A stretch of 64,000 nucleotides of DNA from an uncultured delta proteobacterium (GTDB lineage Bacteria > Desulfobacterota > Binatia > Binatales > Binataceae). Location: positions 256,001-320,000 of the forward strand of contig CAWCDG010000007.1 of NCBI GenBank assembly GCA_963794325.1, read 5' to 3'. Below, piece after piece: positions 17,388-28,092 of the stretch. The notes beneath the pieces were generated by a model. The model was given only the letters and a program-made list of their open reading frames with translations, searched no databases and was not told where the DNA came from. How positions within the stretch are numbered: the stretch's first letter is position 1; every line of letters starts with the position of its first letter. The position numbers were made by a program, and so were the translations under genes.

Positions 17388-18698
17388 TCACAGATAGCCC
17401 AATTGCCGCGCGCCGAAACGAAGTTCTTCGCGAAATTTCGGATGCGCTATCGCAATCAACGCCTCGGACCTTTGCGCCGTCGATTTGCCGGTAAGACAAG
17501 CGACGCCGTATTCGGTAACCACATACTGAGTATCGGTCCTTGGATCCGTAGTAGGTCCTTCTACTTTTGCCACGATGCGCGAGATAGCGCCATTGCTCGC
17601 CGTCGAGTACGCGGCGAGAATTGATTTGCCGCCCTTCGATAGCTGGCTGCCGCGCACAAAATCCAGTTGCCCACCGGGCGCGCTGTACTGCTTACCCAGG
17701 ATCGCCTCGGAGTTTACTTCGCCGTCCAGCCCGACCTCGAGGTACGCGCTTATAGAGACCACCAGGTCGTTCTGACCGATGACGCTCGGATCGTTCACGT
17801 AATCGACCGGGCGCGCCTCCATGCTCGAGTTGTCATTCAGAAATTCGTAGAACGGCTCGTCGCCGGCGGCCAGCGTGTACACGTTCTTGTAGCGATTCAG
17901 GTTCTTGTACTTGTTGGTAACGGCCCCGCACTGAATCAGCCCCACCACCGACGGCATCATCAGCTCGGTGTGGATGCCCAAGTCCTTGTGGTCGTGTAGC
18001 GCGGCGCACACAGCATTGGGCACTCCGCCGATTCCTATCTGGAGGCAAGCGCGGTCGGGAACCATCTCGACGATGTGCTTGCTGATCAAGATGTCCAATG
18101 GCGTGGGTTGCCGGCTGGGCACCGAGAACAGCGGACTTTCGTTTTCGACGATCGCCGAGACTTCCGAAATGTGAACCGATGAATCGCCGAACGCGCGCGG
18201 CATCCTGGGATTAACTTCGACGATCAGCTTCTTTGCGATTCGCGCAGTCGGGATCGTGTAATCGGCGTTTGTGCCGCAACTGAAGAATCCGCCCTTGTCC
18301 ATCGGCGCGACCATCATGACGAACGCGTCGATTCCAATTTCGCGCAACGTCCGCGGCATCGCACTGAAATTCCCCGGCATGTAAAAAACGACGCGCCGAT
18401 TGTCATGCTGGCCCAACTCGAAGAGCCGCCGTTCGACGATCGTCGGGAAGAACGGATGCGGCTTGATGACGTCCATGTATTCGTACTTGAGAATCGTGAA
18501 CGCGGCGGCGGTGATCGAGTGCGAATAGTAAACCCGCAGCTCCTCGACCTTGCCGGCTTTCACGCGATTCTCGAGCGCCGTCAACAAGGCGGGCGGCTCG
18601 CTGACCGCCATGCCCATCGAGAGCGTGCCTCGCGACGGGATAAGCTCGACCGCCTGCGCAGGCGGCATCAGCTTGGACTTGTATTCGGTATCGTACAC
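17388..18698 (-). CDS. acetyl-CoA hydrolase/4-hydroxybutyrate CoA-transferase family
   Basis: LQIGIGGVPNAV, DLGIHTE, GGQLDFVRG, YVVTEYG, IAHPKFREEL; start set at GTG 18698. Confidence 0.9.
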   Translation of the reverse strand: MYDTEYKSKLMPPAQAVELIPSRGTLSMGMAVSEPPALLTALENRVKAGKVEELRVYYSHSITAAAFTILKYEYMDVIKPHPFFPTIVERRLFELGQHDNRRVVFYMPGNFSAMPRTLREIGIDAFVMMVAPMDKGGFFSCGTNADYTIPTARIAKKLIVEVNPRMPRAFGDSSVHISEVSAIVENESPLFSVPSRQPTPLDILISKHIVEMVPDRACLQIGIGGVPNAVCAALHDHKDLGIHTELMMPSVVGLIQCGAVTNKYKNLNRYKNVYTLAAGDEPFYEFLNDNSSMEARPVDYVNDPSVIGQNDLVVSISAYLEVGLDGEVNSEAILGKQYSAPGGQLDFVRGSQLSKGGKSILAAYSTASNGAISRIVAKVEGPTTDPRTDTQYVVTEYGVACLTGKSTAQRSEALIAIAHPKFREELRFGARQLGYL

Positions 18699-18950
18699 GC
18701 AGCTCTCAACTGAAAGACGGTAGCGGGTTCCGTGCCACTGAGAGAAGCCGAACGTCGCCCCTTCATAGTGGCAGTTCGCCATATCGGAATGCTGCGTTCG
18801 GTAACGGAGCCATTCGCTCGGTGTATCCGATCGCGCCACTTTATCCGAATCAGATCAATTTATTCGGCCTGATTTGCGACTCGATTGATGGTCCGCGAAT
18901 TGCTGTGTCTTGCTGTGAACGACGATTAGCAGAACGGTTTGGGAGCTTCT

Positions 18951-19428
18951 ATGAAATCGACGATCAGTGGCAACGCCAAAACACCGCGACCTACCGCAAA
19001 CAAGGCCCGACAATATGATCCGAGCAAGGTGCTGGCGCAGGCGCACGACGAGGCGCTTGCTCGAATCCACGTGCTTCGCCACGAGGAGCAAGCGGACGCC
19101 GTAGAACTGCCCGCCGATCGGCTGGACGTGGCTCGTTCGCTCGAGGATGTCGAGACGGATGCCGCGACTAATCGAGCGATACGAATTTCAATTGAAGCAG
19201 ATAGACGCAGCGTTCAGCCGGCTTGAACGCGGTCGTTACGGAATCTGCGAAAAATGCAAGGAACAGATCGCGATCGAGCGGCTGAGAGCGATGCCGTTCG
19301 CCGCGTATTGCCTCGATTGCCAGAAGGAACGGAACGACCGAAGTCGCCCCGGCGAGGGCGAGGTCGATGAGCCGTCGCGTCATGTCTGGACGCCACCCGA
19401 AGAACTGAAGGAGTCAGTGGAAGAGTAA
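18951..19428 (+). CDS. TraR/DksA C4 zinc-finger protein with a +1 frameshift near 19170
   Basis: Coiled-coil tip PADRLDVA in the first frame; GRYGICEKC...ERLRAMPFAAYCLDCQ in the next frame. Confidence 0.85.
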
Positions 19429-19455
19429 CCGGCCTGATCGAGCCAGGAGGCAGCG

Positions 19456-19966
19456 ATGATTCAGCTATTTCAGCAGGATCTTGTGCCCGATTGATTTTTC
19501 GGATCACTCATCGGCAGCTCTGGAGGTCGCGATCATAATGGCGCTGCAGAATGATGCGGAACTCTACCTGCTGAATGTCGCGCCGGTGCCGGCAGGCGCG
19601 GCTGGTTTCCAGCCGGTGCCGTTGGATCCGTACCCGTGCGTTGAGAACGACAGGAAGGAAAAACTCGCGGAGTTCGCGCGGGCAAAGATTCCCCCGAAGG
19701 CGCGTTACCAAACGCTCGTCATAAGCGGAGATCCTGCCGAGCAAATCCTGAACACCGCGCGCGGCTCGGATATCGACTTGATCGTAATGGGCACGCACGG
19801 GCGGACGGGACTGGGTCATCTGGTGCTGGGCAGCGTTGCCGAGCGGGTCGTGCGGGAATCACCCATACCTGTTCTGACAGCGCATGCATCCGCGCCTTCG
19901 GAAGGACGCGTGATGAAAACCTCACGGGACGTGCTTGGGATGGATCGTCATGACCGGGACCGGTGA
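19456..19966 (+). CDS. universal stress protein with a +1 frameshift near 19470
   Basis: CAGGAGG RBS and ATG 19456; removing one T from TTT gives MIQLFSRILCPIDFS; DLIVMGTHGRTG..LGSVAERVVR. Confidence 0.88.
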
Positions 19967-20368
19967 TTCGCGTACCACGTGCTCGGCGACGCTGCCGAGC
20001 AGGAAGTGCGAGATGCCCTTGCGGCCATGCGTGCCCATCACGATCAAGTCGATCTTTTGCTCGGCAGCCAGCTTGAGAATTTCAGGCCCCGCGTTTCCGC
20101 TCGCGACGAATACCTGACGTGCAACCCCGGCCAGTTTTTCCTCCGCGATTGCTTCCAACCGGCGGCGGGTCTCCGTTTCAAATTCAGCGTCAGGGAAGAT
20201 AGGGACGGGCGGTAGAGCGGTGGCAGCGGCGGACGGAATGCCGATTATCGTCAGCAGGTAAACCGTAGCGGAGTTCTGCTTCGCTAACCTGGATGCGAGC
20301 TCGAGCGCATCCATCGAGTCACGCTCGAAATCGATTGGGCACAGTATTCTTGAAAAAACCGCCGCCAT
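19922..20368 (-). CDS. universal stress protein
   Basis: FSRILCPIDF; DLIVMGTHGRKG..LGSVAEHVVR. Confidence 0.92.
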   Translation of the reverse strand: MAAVFSRILCPIDFERDSMDALELASRLAKQNSATVYLLTIIGIPSAAATALPPVPIFPDAEFETETRRRLEAIAEEKLAGVARQVFVASGNAGPEILKLAAEQKIDLIVMGTHGRKGISHFLLGSVAEHVVRESPVPVMTIHPKHVP

Positions 20369-20456
20369 CTCTCTTAATCTTAGTCCGGGTGAACGAATTG
20401 TCATACGTGAGAGAATCTGCCGTGCCTGACGCTCGCAAGGATCGCACACCAACAGA

Positions 20457-21443
20457 ATGACCCCGACTCGCAGATTCGCGCTCGCAATCTCGCTCGTAGC
20501 GCTGATGACCCTGATAGGCGCGGCCGGTTACATCCTGATCGAGCACATGTCGGTGCTCGACGCCTTCTATATGTCGGTCATCACGATCTCGACGGTCGGC
20601 TTCCAGGAAGTGAAGCCGCTCAGTCCGGCCGGTCGTCTTTTCACGATTGGACTGATAGTCACAGGTGTCGGCAGCGCGATTTATCTGTTCACAGTGATCG
20701 GCGAACTGGTGGTTGAAGGGCGCCTCAGAGAGTTTCTCGGGAAGAGCGCGATGAATCGCAAAATTCACAGTCTCGCGGAACACGTAATCGTCTGCGGCTA
20801 CGGTCGGTTCGGGCGCGCCGTGGTCGAAGAGCTGACTCGCAACGCGGTGCCGATGGTGGTAATCGAGTCGGACCCCGCCAGGCAGGCGGACCTGGAAACC
20901 GCCGGCATACTGCACGTGATGGGATCGGCGCTGGAAGATTCGGTGCTTGAGGACGCTGGAATCAGTTCGGCCCGCGCGATAATCGTCGCCACCGGATCGG
21001 ACGCCGACAACGTGTACATCACGCTTTCCGCGCGCGAGAAAAATCCGAAGATTCTCATCTACGCCCGCGGCGACTCGGATGCCGGCCTGCGCAGGCTCAA
21101 GCTGGCAGGGGCAGACCAGGTCGTCGCGGCCTATCAATGGGCAGGGCTGAGAATTGCCGCGAGCATCATGCGGCCGGCGGTCATAGATTTTCTGCAACTC
21201 TCCATGCCCGGCCGCGAGTCCGAGGTCGATCTCGAGGAGATCAGGATTTCCCGCCAGAGCCCGGCGGTTGGAAAGAATATCGCGGAGATGGAACGCGAGA
21301 ATCCGCGACTCCGAATCGTCGCGATGAAACGCAACGACCAGCGACTCGAGATGATTCCCGCCGCCGATACAAAGATTGAAGCGGGCGATTTGCTGGTCGT
21401 GATCGGCGAATCCGACAGTCTGAAACGCCTGGCATCCGCTTAA
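20457..21443 (+). CDS. potassium channel protein (pore + TrkA-N/TrkA-C, MthK-like)
   Basis: TISTVGF filter; CGYGRFG RCK domain; C-terminal TrkA-C. Confidence 0.92.
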   Translation: MTPTRRFALAISLVALMTLIGAAGYILIEHMSVLDAFYMSVITISTVGFQEVKPLSPAGRLFTIGLIVTGVGSAIYLFTVIGELVVEGRLREFLGKSAMNRKIHSLAEHVIVCGYGRFGRAVVEELTRNAVPMVVIESDPARQADLETAGILHVMGSALEDSVLEDAGISSARAIIVATGSDADNVYITLSAREKNPKILIYARGDSDAGLRRLKLAGADQVVAAYQWAGLRIAASIMRPAVIDFLQLSMPGRESEVDLEEIRISRQSPAVGKNIAEMERENPRLRIVAMKRNDQRLEMIPAADTKIEAGDLLVVIGESDSLKRLASA

Positions 21444-21463
21444 GAGAACAACAGGAGTATGCT

Positions 21464-21643
21464 GTGACTACCGATACGAACGCGGATGGAGTTAAAGAGT
21501 ACCAGGGGTATACCATCAAGCAGAACTGCGAGACCGCGCGATGGGAAGTTTTCTGGCGCGAGCGAAAGCAGAACGTCGATTTCGCGCGAGTAGCGGACGC
21601 CGAAGAATGGATCGACGATCAGATCCCGTCGCATCGATTCTAA
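21464..21643 (+). CDS. small hypothetical protein, 59 aa (below the ORF-track cutoff)
   Basis: ACAGGAG RBS then GTG: MTTDTNADGVKEYQGYTIKQNCETARWEVFWRERKQNVDFARVADAEEWIDDQIPSHRF; fills the intergenic gap. Confidence 0.65.
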   Translation: MTTDTNADGVKEYQGYTIKQNCETARWEVFWRERKQNVDFARVADAEEWIDDQIPSHRF

Positions 21644-21677
21644 AAGCGATCGAGTGCCACCCCAGGAGGATTGTCCA

Positions 21678-23219
21678 ATGGCATTAAATTCCCAGCCGGC
21701 AGCGCCACGCCGGATAGCGATCATCGGGTCCGGCTTCTCCGGCCTTTGCCTCGGCATCCAGCTTAAACGGCTGGGGATCGATTCGTTCACGATATTCGAG
21801 AAGGCGGATCGTCTCGGCGGCACCTGGCGCGACAACACCTATCCCGGCGCGGCGTGCGACGTGCCGTCATTTTCGTATTGCTTCTCGTTCGAGCAGAAGA
21901 CCGATTGGTCGCGGAAGTGGGCGCCGCAGGCGGAAATCCTCGAGTACATGGAGGATTGCGCGAAGAAGTACGACCTCCTCCGGCACATTCGGTTCGGCAC
22001 CGAGATTGCCAGTGCGAATTGGGACAACGATGCGGCCGTGTGGAAAATTCGCACCGTCAAGGGTGAAGAAGTCCTGGCCGAGGTGCTGGTCGCTGGGGTG
22101 GGGCAGTTGAACCGTCCGAACATGCCGCAGCTTCGCGGCGCTGAGAATTTCAAAGGGGTGTCGTTTCATTCGGCGCGATGGCGTCACGACATCGACTTGA
22201 CTGGCAAGAATGTCGGCGTCGTCGGCAATGCGGCCAGTGCAATCCAGTTCATCCCGCAGATCGCGCCCAAGGCCGGCAAAGTCTTTATCTTCCAGCGCAG
22301 CGCGAACTGGATGATCCAGCGAAACGATCTCGCCTACACCGACGAGCAAAAGCGCCGCTTCGCGAGCAATCCCGTGCTGACGCGGCTCTACCGATGGCTG
22401 ATCTATTTCCAGCACGAGATGAACTGGCCGGTGTTTCGTCGAGTTTCGTTTCTGTCGCGGCGGATGGCGCAAGCCGCCGAGACTTACATGCGCACGACGG
22501 TCCAGGACCCGAAGCTCCAGCAGGCGTTGATTCCCGATTATCCGATCGGCGGCAAACGCATCCTGATCTCTGACGATTATTACGCGGCGCTCAATCGCGA
22601 AAACGTCGAAGTCGTCACCAGCGCGATCGATCATCTGGAAGAGAACGCTGTCGCAACCAAAGATGGCCGAACGATCCCGGTCGATGTCCTGATCTACGCG
22701 ACCGGTTTCGAATCCACTGCCTTCCTCGCGCCGATGGCGATTCGCGGTCGCGACGGACATCTGCTGCAGACAGAATGGGCCAATGGCGCCAAGGCCTACC
22801 TCGGCATCAGCGTCGCTGGATTTCCGAATCTGTTTCTGATGTACGGTCCGAACACCAATCTTGGCCACAACTCGATCATCTTTATGATCGAATGCCAGGC
22901 GAACTATATCCTCGACTGTCTGAGAAAATTGGACGCGAGCGGCGCTTCCGCGATCGATCTGCGGCGCGAAGTGATGGACGAGTTCGATACGAAACAGCAA
23001 GCAGAGCTGCGGCAAAGAGTTTGGGCGTCCACCGGAAAGAGCTGGTACAAGAACGAAGCCGGCCGCATCACCAACAACTGGTCGGGCAGCACCCTCCGTT
23101 ATTGGTGGAACACGATCCGCGCCGATCCGAAACTATACCAGCTCGAAACGCGCCAGGTGTCTTCGACCGCCGAGCATCCCGAGACCGCCAGCTCCGACCA
23201 AACGCACCGAGCCGCGTAG
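21678..23219 (+). CDS. Baeyer-Villiger/flavin-containing monooxygenase
   Basis: GSGFSG, GGTWRDNTYPGAACD, FKGVSFHSARW, ATGF. Confidence 0.93.
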   Translation: MALNSQPAAPRRIAIIGSGFSGLCLGIQLKRLGIDSFTIFEKADRLGGTWRDNTYPGAACDVPSFSYCFSFEQKTDWSRKWAPQAEILEYMEDCAKKYDLLRHIRFGTEIASANWDNDAAVWKIRTVKGEEVLAEVLVAGVGQLNRPNMPQLRGAENFKGVSFHSARWRHDIDLTGKNVGVVGNAASAIQFIPQIAPKAGKVFIFQRSANWMIQRNDLAYTDEQKRRFASNPVLTRLYRWLIYFQHEMNWPVFRRVSFLSRRMAQAAETYMRTTVQDPKLQQALIPDYPIGGKRILISDDYYAALNRENVEVVTSAIDHLEENAVATKDGRTIPVDVLIYATGFESTAFLAPMAIRGRDGHLLQTEWANGAKAYLGISVAGFPNLFLMYGPNTNLGHNSIIFMIECQANYILDCLRKLDASGASAIDLRREVMDEFDTKQQAELRQRVWASTGKSWYKNEAGRITNNWSGSTLRYWWNTIRADPKLYQLETRQVSSTAEHPETASSDQTHRAA

Positions 23220-23225
23220 CGACGA

Positions 23226-23474
23226 ATGGGAAGCGAGCCAGAAAAAAACGATATAACGCCCCCGCCTCCGGAAATTCTCTACGCGGACTTCTTTAGGCCG
23301 AGGCTATACCGTATCGTCCTGTACGTCGTCCTCCCTGCAATCATCTTTATGTGCGAGAAGGGCTGGATCCCGTTTCAGCCTGCCGCACTTCTCGGCGCGT
23401 GCGTATTTGTGTTTGGGAGTTATCTCGAGCACCGTGAGAAGCGCGCCATGAAAGAGCATCGACATTCAGACTGA
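23226..23474 (+). CDS. small 2-TM hypothetical protein
   Basis: Starts 6 nt after the monooxygenase stop; two hydrophobic segments. Confidence 0.6.
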   Translation: MGSEPEKNDITPPPPEILYADFFRPRLYRIVLYVVLPAIIFMCEKGWIPFQPAALLGACVFVFGSYLEHREKRAMKEHRHSD

Positions 23475-23562
23475 GATACTACCCACACGGTATGTTTCAG
23501 CGTTCCTCCTCCTCCCTAGGCTAGGTTCCCTCACGATTGCAAATCTTCCATTTCATGCCCAT

Positions 23563-23597
23563 AGTCGGTAAAAAGTACACGGAAAAAATTACCGACT
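23563..23597. promoter_or_regulatory. inverted repeat upstream of the NtrC-like regulator
   Basis: AGTCGGTAA-N17-TTACCGACT. Confidence 0.5.
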
Positions 23598-23731
23598 CGC
23601 TAGGTCTCCGCTAACGTTTTGAGTAAAAATCATCGATGAATCATAGTGTTTTTGGATCGGCGACCCGTCGCATAATTGTTGCACTGCATCGGGCGGGGAA
23701 ATAACGCCTTGGTGTGCGCTGGGAGATCCGA

Positions 23732-25099
23732 ATGTCTAATGAAATTCGAGTTCTGATCGCAGAAGACGACGTCAACACCCACGAGGAGTGGCGCGAGTCG
23801 CTCACGGCTTGGGGCTTTCGGGGCGAGATCGCCGAAGACGGCGTGCGGGCCCTGGAGCTAATCCGCAGCTTCGATCCGCACATTCTGCTCTCCGATCTGA
23901 GGATGCCGCGCAAGGGCGGACTCGAGTTGCTGCATGACATCCACGAGCTCGGCATCAGTCTGCCGACCATCATGATCTCCGGGCAGGGCGAGATACCCGA
24001 TGCGGTCGAGGCGCTCAAGCAGGGCGCGATCGACTACATGCGCAAGCCGGTTGACCCGACCCATCTTCAGCGCGTGCTGAAGAACATCGCCGACAACATT
24101 AGTATCCGCGAAGAGAATTCGAACCTGCGCCGGCGGCTGGCCGAGGTTGGCGAGCTGGGCCCGCTGTTCGGGCGGTCGCTGCCGATGCGCAAGGTGATAA
24201 CGGCGATCGAGCGGCTGGCGCAGTCGTCGGCGTCGGTGGTGATAACCGGCGAGAGCGGCACCGGCAAGGAGTTGGTGGCGCGCACGATTCATGAGCTGTC
24301 GCCGCGGCGCGATGCGGCCTACGTGCCCGTCAACTGCGCGGCGATTCCCGAGACTCTGATGGAGAGCGAGCTGTTCGGCCATGAGCGCGGCTCGTTTACC
24401 GGCGCCGACCGGCGCAAGGAAGGATGCTTCGAGGTGGCCAACGGCGGCACCTTGCTGCTCGACGAATTGACCGAGATGAAGACCGAGTTGCAGCCCAAGC
24501 TGCTGCGAGTGATCGAGGAGCAGCGGCTGCGCCGGGTAGGCGGGACGACCGAGATACCGCTGGACGTTCGAGTGCTGGCGTCCTCGAATCGCGACATCGA
24601 GCAGGCGGTGCGTGAGGGCAAGCTTCGTTCGGACCTGTTCTATCGGTTAAACGTATTCACGATCATACTGCCCCCGTTGCGCGAGCGTATCGACGATCTG
24701 CCGCAGCTCGCGCAGATGTTCGTAAATCACTACGCGGCGCAGAACAAGAAGGATGTGACCGGGGTCGACGAGGAGTGTATGAAGTCGCTGCAGGCGCATC
24801 CGTGGCCCGGCAACGTGCGCCAGTTACGCAACGTGATCGAGCGGGCGCTGATCGTGTGCGAGGGCCGCACCATTCGCAAGCCCGACCTGCCCGACGATTT
24901 TCGCGCGGCGACCGGCGGCGGCGATGGCGGCTTCATAAAGATTCCGCTGGGCACTTCACTCGACGATGTCGAAAAGGAGATGATCTCGCGCACTATCGAG
25001 TTCACCGCGGGCAATAAAACCCGCGCGGCGGAAATCCTTGGGGTGAGCGCCAAAACTCTGTACAACAAACTCGAACGTTTCGGCTCCGAGCGCACCTGA
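23732..25099 (+). CDS. sigma54-dependent response regulator (NtrC/AtoC family)
   Basis: Receiver domain, GESGTGKE, GSFTGA, GNKTRAAEILG HTH. Confidence 0.95.
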   Translation: MSNEIRVLIAEDDVNTHEEWRESLTAWGFRGEIAEDGVRALELIRSFDPHILLSDLRMPRKGGLELLHDIHELGISLPTIMISGQGEIPDAVEALKQGAIDYMRKPVDPTHLQRVLKNIADNISIREENSNLRRRLAEVGELGPLFGRSLPMRKVITAIERLAQSSASVVITGESGTGKELVARTIHELSPRRDAAYVPVNCAAIPETLMESELFGHERGSFTGADRRKEGCFEVANGGTLLLDELTEMKTELQPKLLRVIEEQRLRRVGGTTEIPLDVRVLASSNRDIEQAVREGKLRSDLFYRLNVFTIILPPLRERIDDLPQLAQMFVNHYAAQNKKDVTGVDEECMKSLQAHPWPGNVRQLRNVIERALIVCEGRTIRKPDLPDDFRAATGGGDGGFIKIPLGTSLDDVEKEMISRTIEFTAGNKTRAAEILGVSAKTLYNKLERFGSERT

Positions 25100-25167
25100 C
25101 TCGAAACGAAGCGGAAGTGGAGGGCCGGCAGGAAGGCCCCGCCTAAAGAATCATCGCGCAAAGAATT

Positions 25168-26973
25168 ATGCGTCTGCGAGCAAGACTGGCCCTCATAGCT
25201 CTGGTGCTGATGCTGGTTCCCACGATCGTGCTCAGCGTCATCTCGATCGATTCCCGAATCGCCGACATGATCGACGAAATGTCGCAATCGACCGACTTCA
25301 TGATTGCGCAGATCTTCGAAGAGGTGCGGCTCGCTCTCTCACAGGGCGACGCCGACGTCTCGCCCGCGCTCCGCAACAGCGAACCGGTGCGCAAGCTCCT
25401 CGATTCGACGGTTGCCTTCGGCCCGGCGGTGGTAACCGCGTCGATCGTCGCCAATGACGGCACCGTGATCGTGGCGGCCAATGGCGACGGCGAGGGGAAA
25501 CCGGCGCTCGACCTGCCGTCGGTCAAAGCACTGGACGAACAGGCTTCGCGATGGCTGCTGTTCACCTCGCTGCCCAGCCTGCTGACCGCAAGGGTGTACG
25601 AAGCGCGGCGCCGGGTGGATATCAACGGTCATCCAGCCGCGACTATTTCAATCGGCGTGACGACGGCGCTCATTGCAGGCGAGGTTCGGCATCTGTTGGT
25701 CGTGATCGTCGCCACCGCGGGTCTCGTCATCGCGGCGGCGATGCTTGTGGTATCGCTGATCGCCAATCGAATCCTCGAACAACTTGCCAACCTTACCAGC
25801 GGATTCGAACAGCTGGTTGCCGGCAAGAGTCCTTCGGAAATGAAGCTCTCGGGCGCCGGTGAGCTGAGCACTCTTGCCGAGAAGTTCAATGAACTGTCGC
25901 GGCAAGTCAGGGCGGACCGGTCCCGGCTCGATAGCGACCAGTCTCATCTGTTCGACGTGGTCCGCTCGATTCAGGACGCCGTCGTGCTGCTCGACGCGAA
26001 CACTGTGGTGTTGTTTGCGAACAAGGAGGCGCAGGAGCGGCTGGCGCCAAAGAACGGCCCGCTCGAAGGAGCGTCACTCGCCTCGGCGCTCGAACCGTCG
26101 CATCCCCTGCTCGCATTGGTGCAATCGACGGTGGCGGGGACTGAGGCTCACGATGTTCCGTTGGCGCTTCCGCCGGGCGGGACCTACCTGGTTTCATTCT
26201 TTCGGCTGGGGCGCGAGCGGGTGCCGGCCGGTCTGCTGATTGTGCTGAGAGATTTGCAGCCTGTTATCGAACTGGAAACGGCGCTCGATTCGTCGAATCG
26301 GTTGGCGCGTCTGGGCACGCTGATCTCCGGCCTCGCTCATCAGTTGCGCAGCCCGCTCAACGGAATGAACATGAGGCTTGAGCTGTTGCGCCACGAAGCC
26401 GGCGACGCCGGCGCAAAGCACATCGACAAATTGCGGCGCGAGGTGATGCGGCTGGACGAATCGGTCGAAGCGTTACTGCGTTTCATGCGGCCCGAGCAAT
26501 TGAAGCTGAGCGATTTCGACATTAACGAGTTGCTCAAGGAGCTCGGCGGGCGCATCAATGCCGAAAAAGTCAAAGTCGAGTACCAGCTCGATCCCGCGCT
26601 GCCTCCGGTTCAATGCGATCGCGGATTGATTTATGAGGCACTCTCCAATTTGATAACCAACGCCGAGCAGGCGATGTCCGACGGAGGAGGGTTGACGCTG
26701 TCCAGCAGGCTGCAGGGGACGACGGTCGAGCTTGCTATTGCGGATCGCGGTCCCGGAATCCCGAAGGAGCAACTGGATCGAATCTTCGACTTGTATTACA
26801 CAACCAAAGCTGGCGGCAGTGGTTTGGGACTGCCATTCGCGATGCGTGCAATCGAACTGAACGGCGGTAAGATAGCGATAGATTCAAAAGTCGGCCAAGG
26901 TACGGTGTGTAAGATTACGATTCCGATTGCATCCAATGCGCCCGCCAAACCAGCAGTTCCCAGCGCGGCCTGA
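25168..26973 (+). CDS. sensor histidine kinase (periplasmic, HAMP, PAS, HisKA, HATPase)
   Basis: Two TMs; AHQLRSP, NLITNA, DRGPGI, GSGLGL. Confidence 0.93.
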   Translation: MRLRARLALIALVLMLVPTIVLSVISIDSRIADMIDEMSQSTDFMIAQIFEEVRLALSQGDADVSPALRNSEPVRKLLDSTVAFGPAVVTASIVANDGTVIVAANGDGEGKPALDLPSVKALDEQASRWLLFTSLPSLLTARVYEARRRVDINGHPAATISIGVTTALIAGEVRHLLVVIVATAGLVIAAAMLVVSLIANRILEQLANLTSGFEQLVAGKSPSEMKLSGAGELSTLAEKFNELSRQVRADRSRLDSDQSHLFDVVRSIQDAVVLLDANTVVLFANKEAQERLAPKNGPLEGASLASALEPSHPLLALVQSTVAGTEAHDVPLALPPGGTYLVSFFRLGRERVPAGLLIVLRDLQPVIELETALDSSNRLARLGTLISGLAHQLRSPLNGMNMRLELLRHEAGDAGAKHIDKLRREVMRLDESVEALLRFMRPEQLKLSDFDINELLKELGGRINAEKVKVEYQLDPALPPVQCDRGLIYEALSNLITNAEQAMSDGGGLTLSSRLQGTTVELAIADRGPGIPKEQLDRIFDLYYTTKAGGSGLGLPFAMRAIELNGGKIAIDSKVGQGTVCKITIPIASNAPAKPAVPSAA

Positions 26974-27766
26974 GCGAATCGATCGGCCAGTAATCTGGCA
27001 GCTCCTCTGCGGCTTCCTGTTATCACTGATTTTTCTCGCCGGATGCGCCGGCGGGACTTCGGGCTCGAACTGGTTTACTAATTTTTTTGGCGGTGCATCG
27101 CTGACGCCGAGTCCGACCGTTGAGCTAACTCCAACTGCGGCGCCCAGTCCGATTGCAAGTCCGGCAGCGGCCGAAACGGTACCGGCCGGCAGGAAAGCCG
27201 CGAGGCAGGCCCGCGCTGCTTCCGAGAACGCACAGGTCGCCTCGAAAGAAGCTGCGAGCGCATCTGCCGCCGCAGCGCTCGCCTCGAAGCAGGCGGCAAG
27301 TGCGGCGAATCGGATCGAAGGAACCGGCCCGACCAACCCCGACGTAAGCCTGGAGAACAGTTCAGCGACCGCGGCATCGGCGAATCCCGTTGGAGCGATC
27401 AGGAACGGAGCATCGCCGACGCCAAGTCCGTCGCTGATGACCTCCGCACGCGAACCATCGTCACGAATCGCTCCGGCTGCGAGTTCGCCCGCGCTCGAAG
27501 CAATGGGTACGTCAGGCGAGTCCGATCTTGCGAAGGCCGCAAAACTGATCAGGAACGTCGATGTGATGGATAAGAAGGTCGATCGCAAAAATCTCACGGC
27601 CGACGATTCTCAGCGCGACATTCTCGCGCAGAAACTGTTGCAAGAAGCAAAGAAGGCGCTGGTCGATCGCGACAGCATTGCCGCGATCAGTCTCGCGACC
27701 AAGGCCTCGACGCTGTTCGAGCCTTTGCCAAAACTCGCCGACTCTTCGATCGCGCCGCCACCTTAG
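26936..27766 (+). CDS. Ala/Ser/Pro-rich lipoprotein
   Basis: Hydrophobic stretch plus LAGC lipobox; low-complexity linker; helical C-terminus; start uncertain. Confidence 0.65.
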   Translation: MRPPNQQFPARPERIDRPVIWQLLCGFLLSLIFLAGCAGGTSGSNWFTNFFGGASLTPSPTVELTPTAAPSPIASPAAAETVPAGRKAARQARAASENAQVASKEAASASAAAALASKQAASAANRIEGTGPTNPDVSLENSSATAASANPVGAIRNGASPTPSPSLMTSAREPSSRIAPAASSPALEAMGTSGESDLAKAAKLIRNVDVMDKKVDRKNLTADDSQRDILAQKLLQEAKKALVDRDSIAAISLATKASTLFEPLPKLADSSIAPPP

Positions 27767-27904
27767 CGGGCAGCATCGCGCACGGTCGATTTGTTCCATT
27801 AGGAACAAATGTCACGACTGTAAAATCTGCGCATCTTCGGAAGTCGTGAAGGAATTTCCCCAAAGACCTCGATAAGAGGCTCGAAGGATAATGAGTTTTT
27901 CAAA

Positions 27905-27920
27905 TGGCCCTATACTTGCT
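27905..27920 (+). promoter_or_regulatory. sigma54 -24/-12 promoter
   Basis: TGGCCCTATACTTGCT (GG-N10-GC). Confidence 0.7.
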
Positions 27921-28092
27921 CCCATTACTTGTTAGGCACGACATCGGCGTCGTGAAGAGCAGTCAGGCATGGTGGTCAGCTTTGCGAGCAGCGACCGATT
28001 GAACTACTCCGCTTCGTTTTCGCACGCGTCCCGCCCGTAAAAGATCCGATCCATGTTTGATGGCGAATGGGTGGCCGACAAGGGAATTCCGA

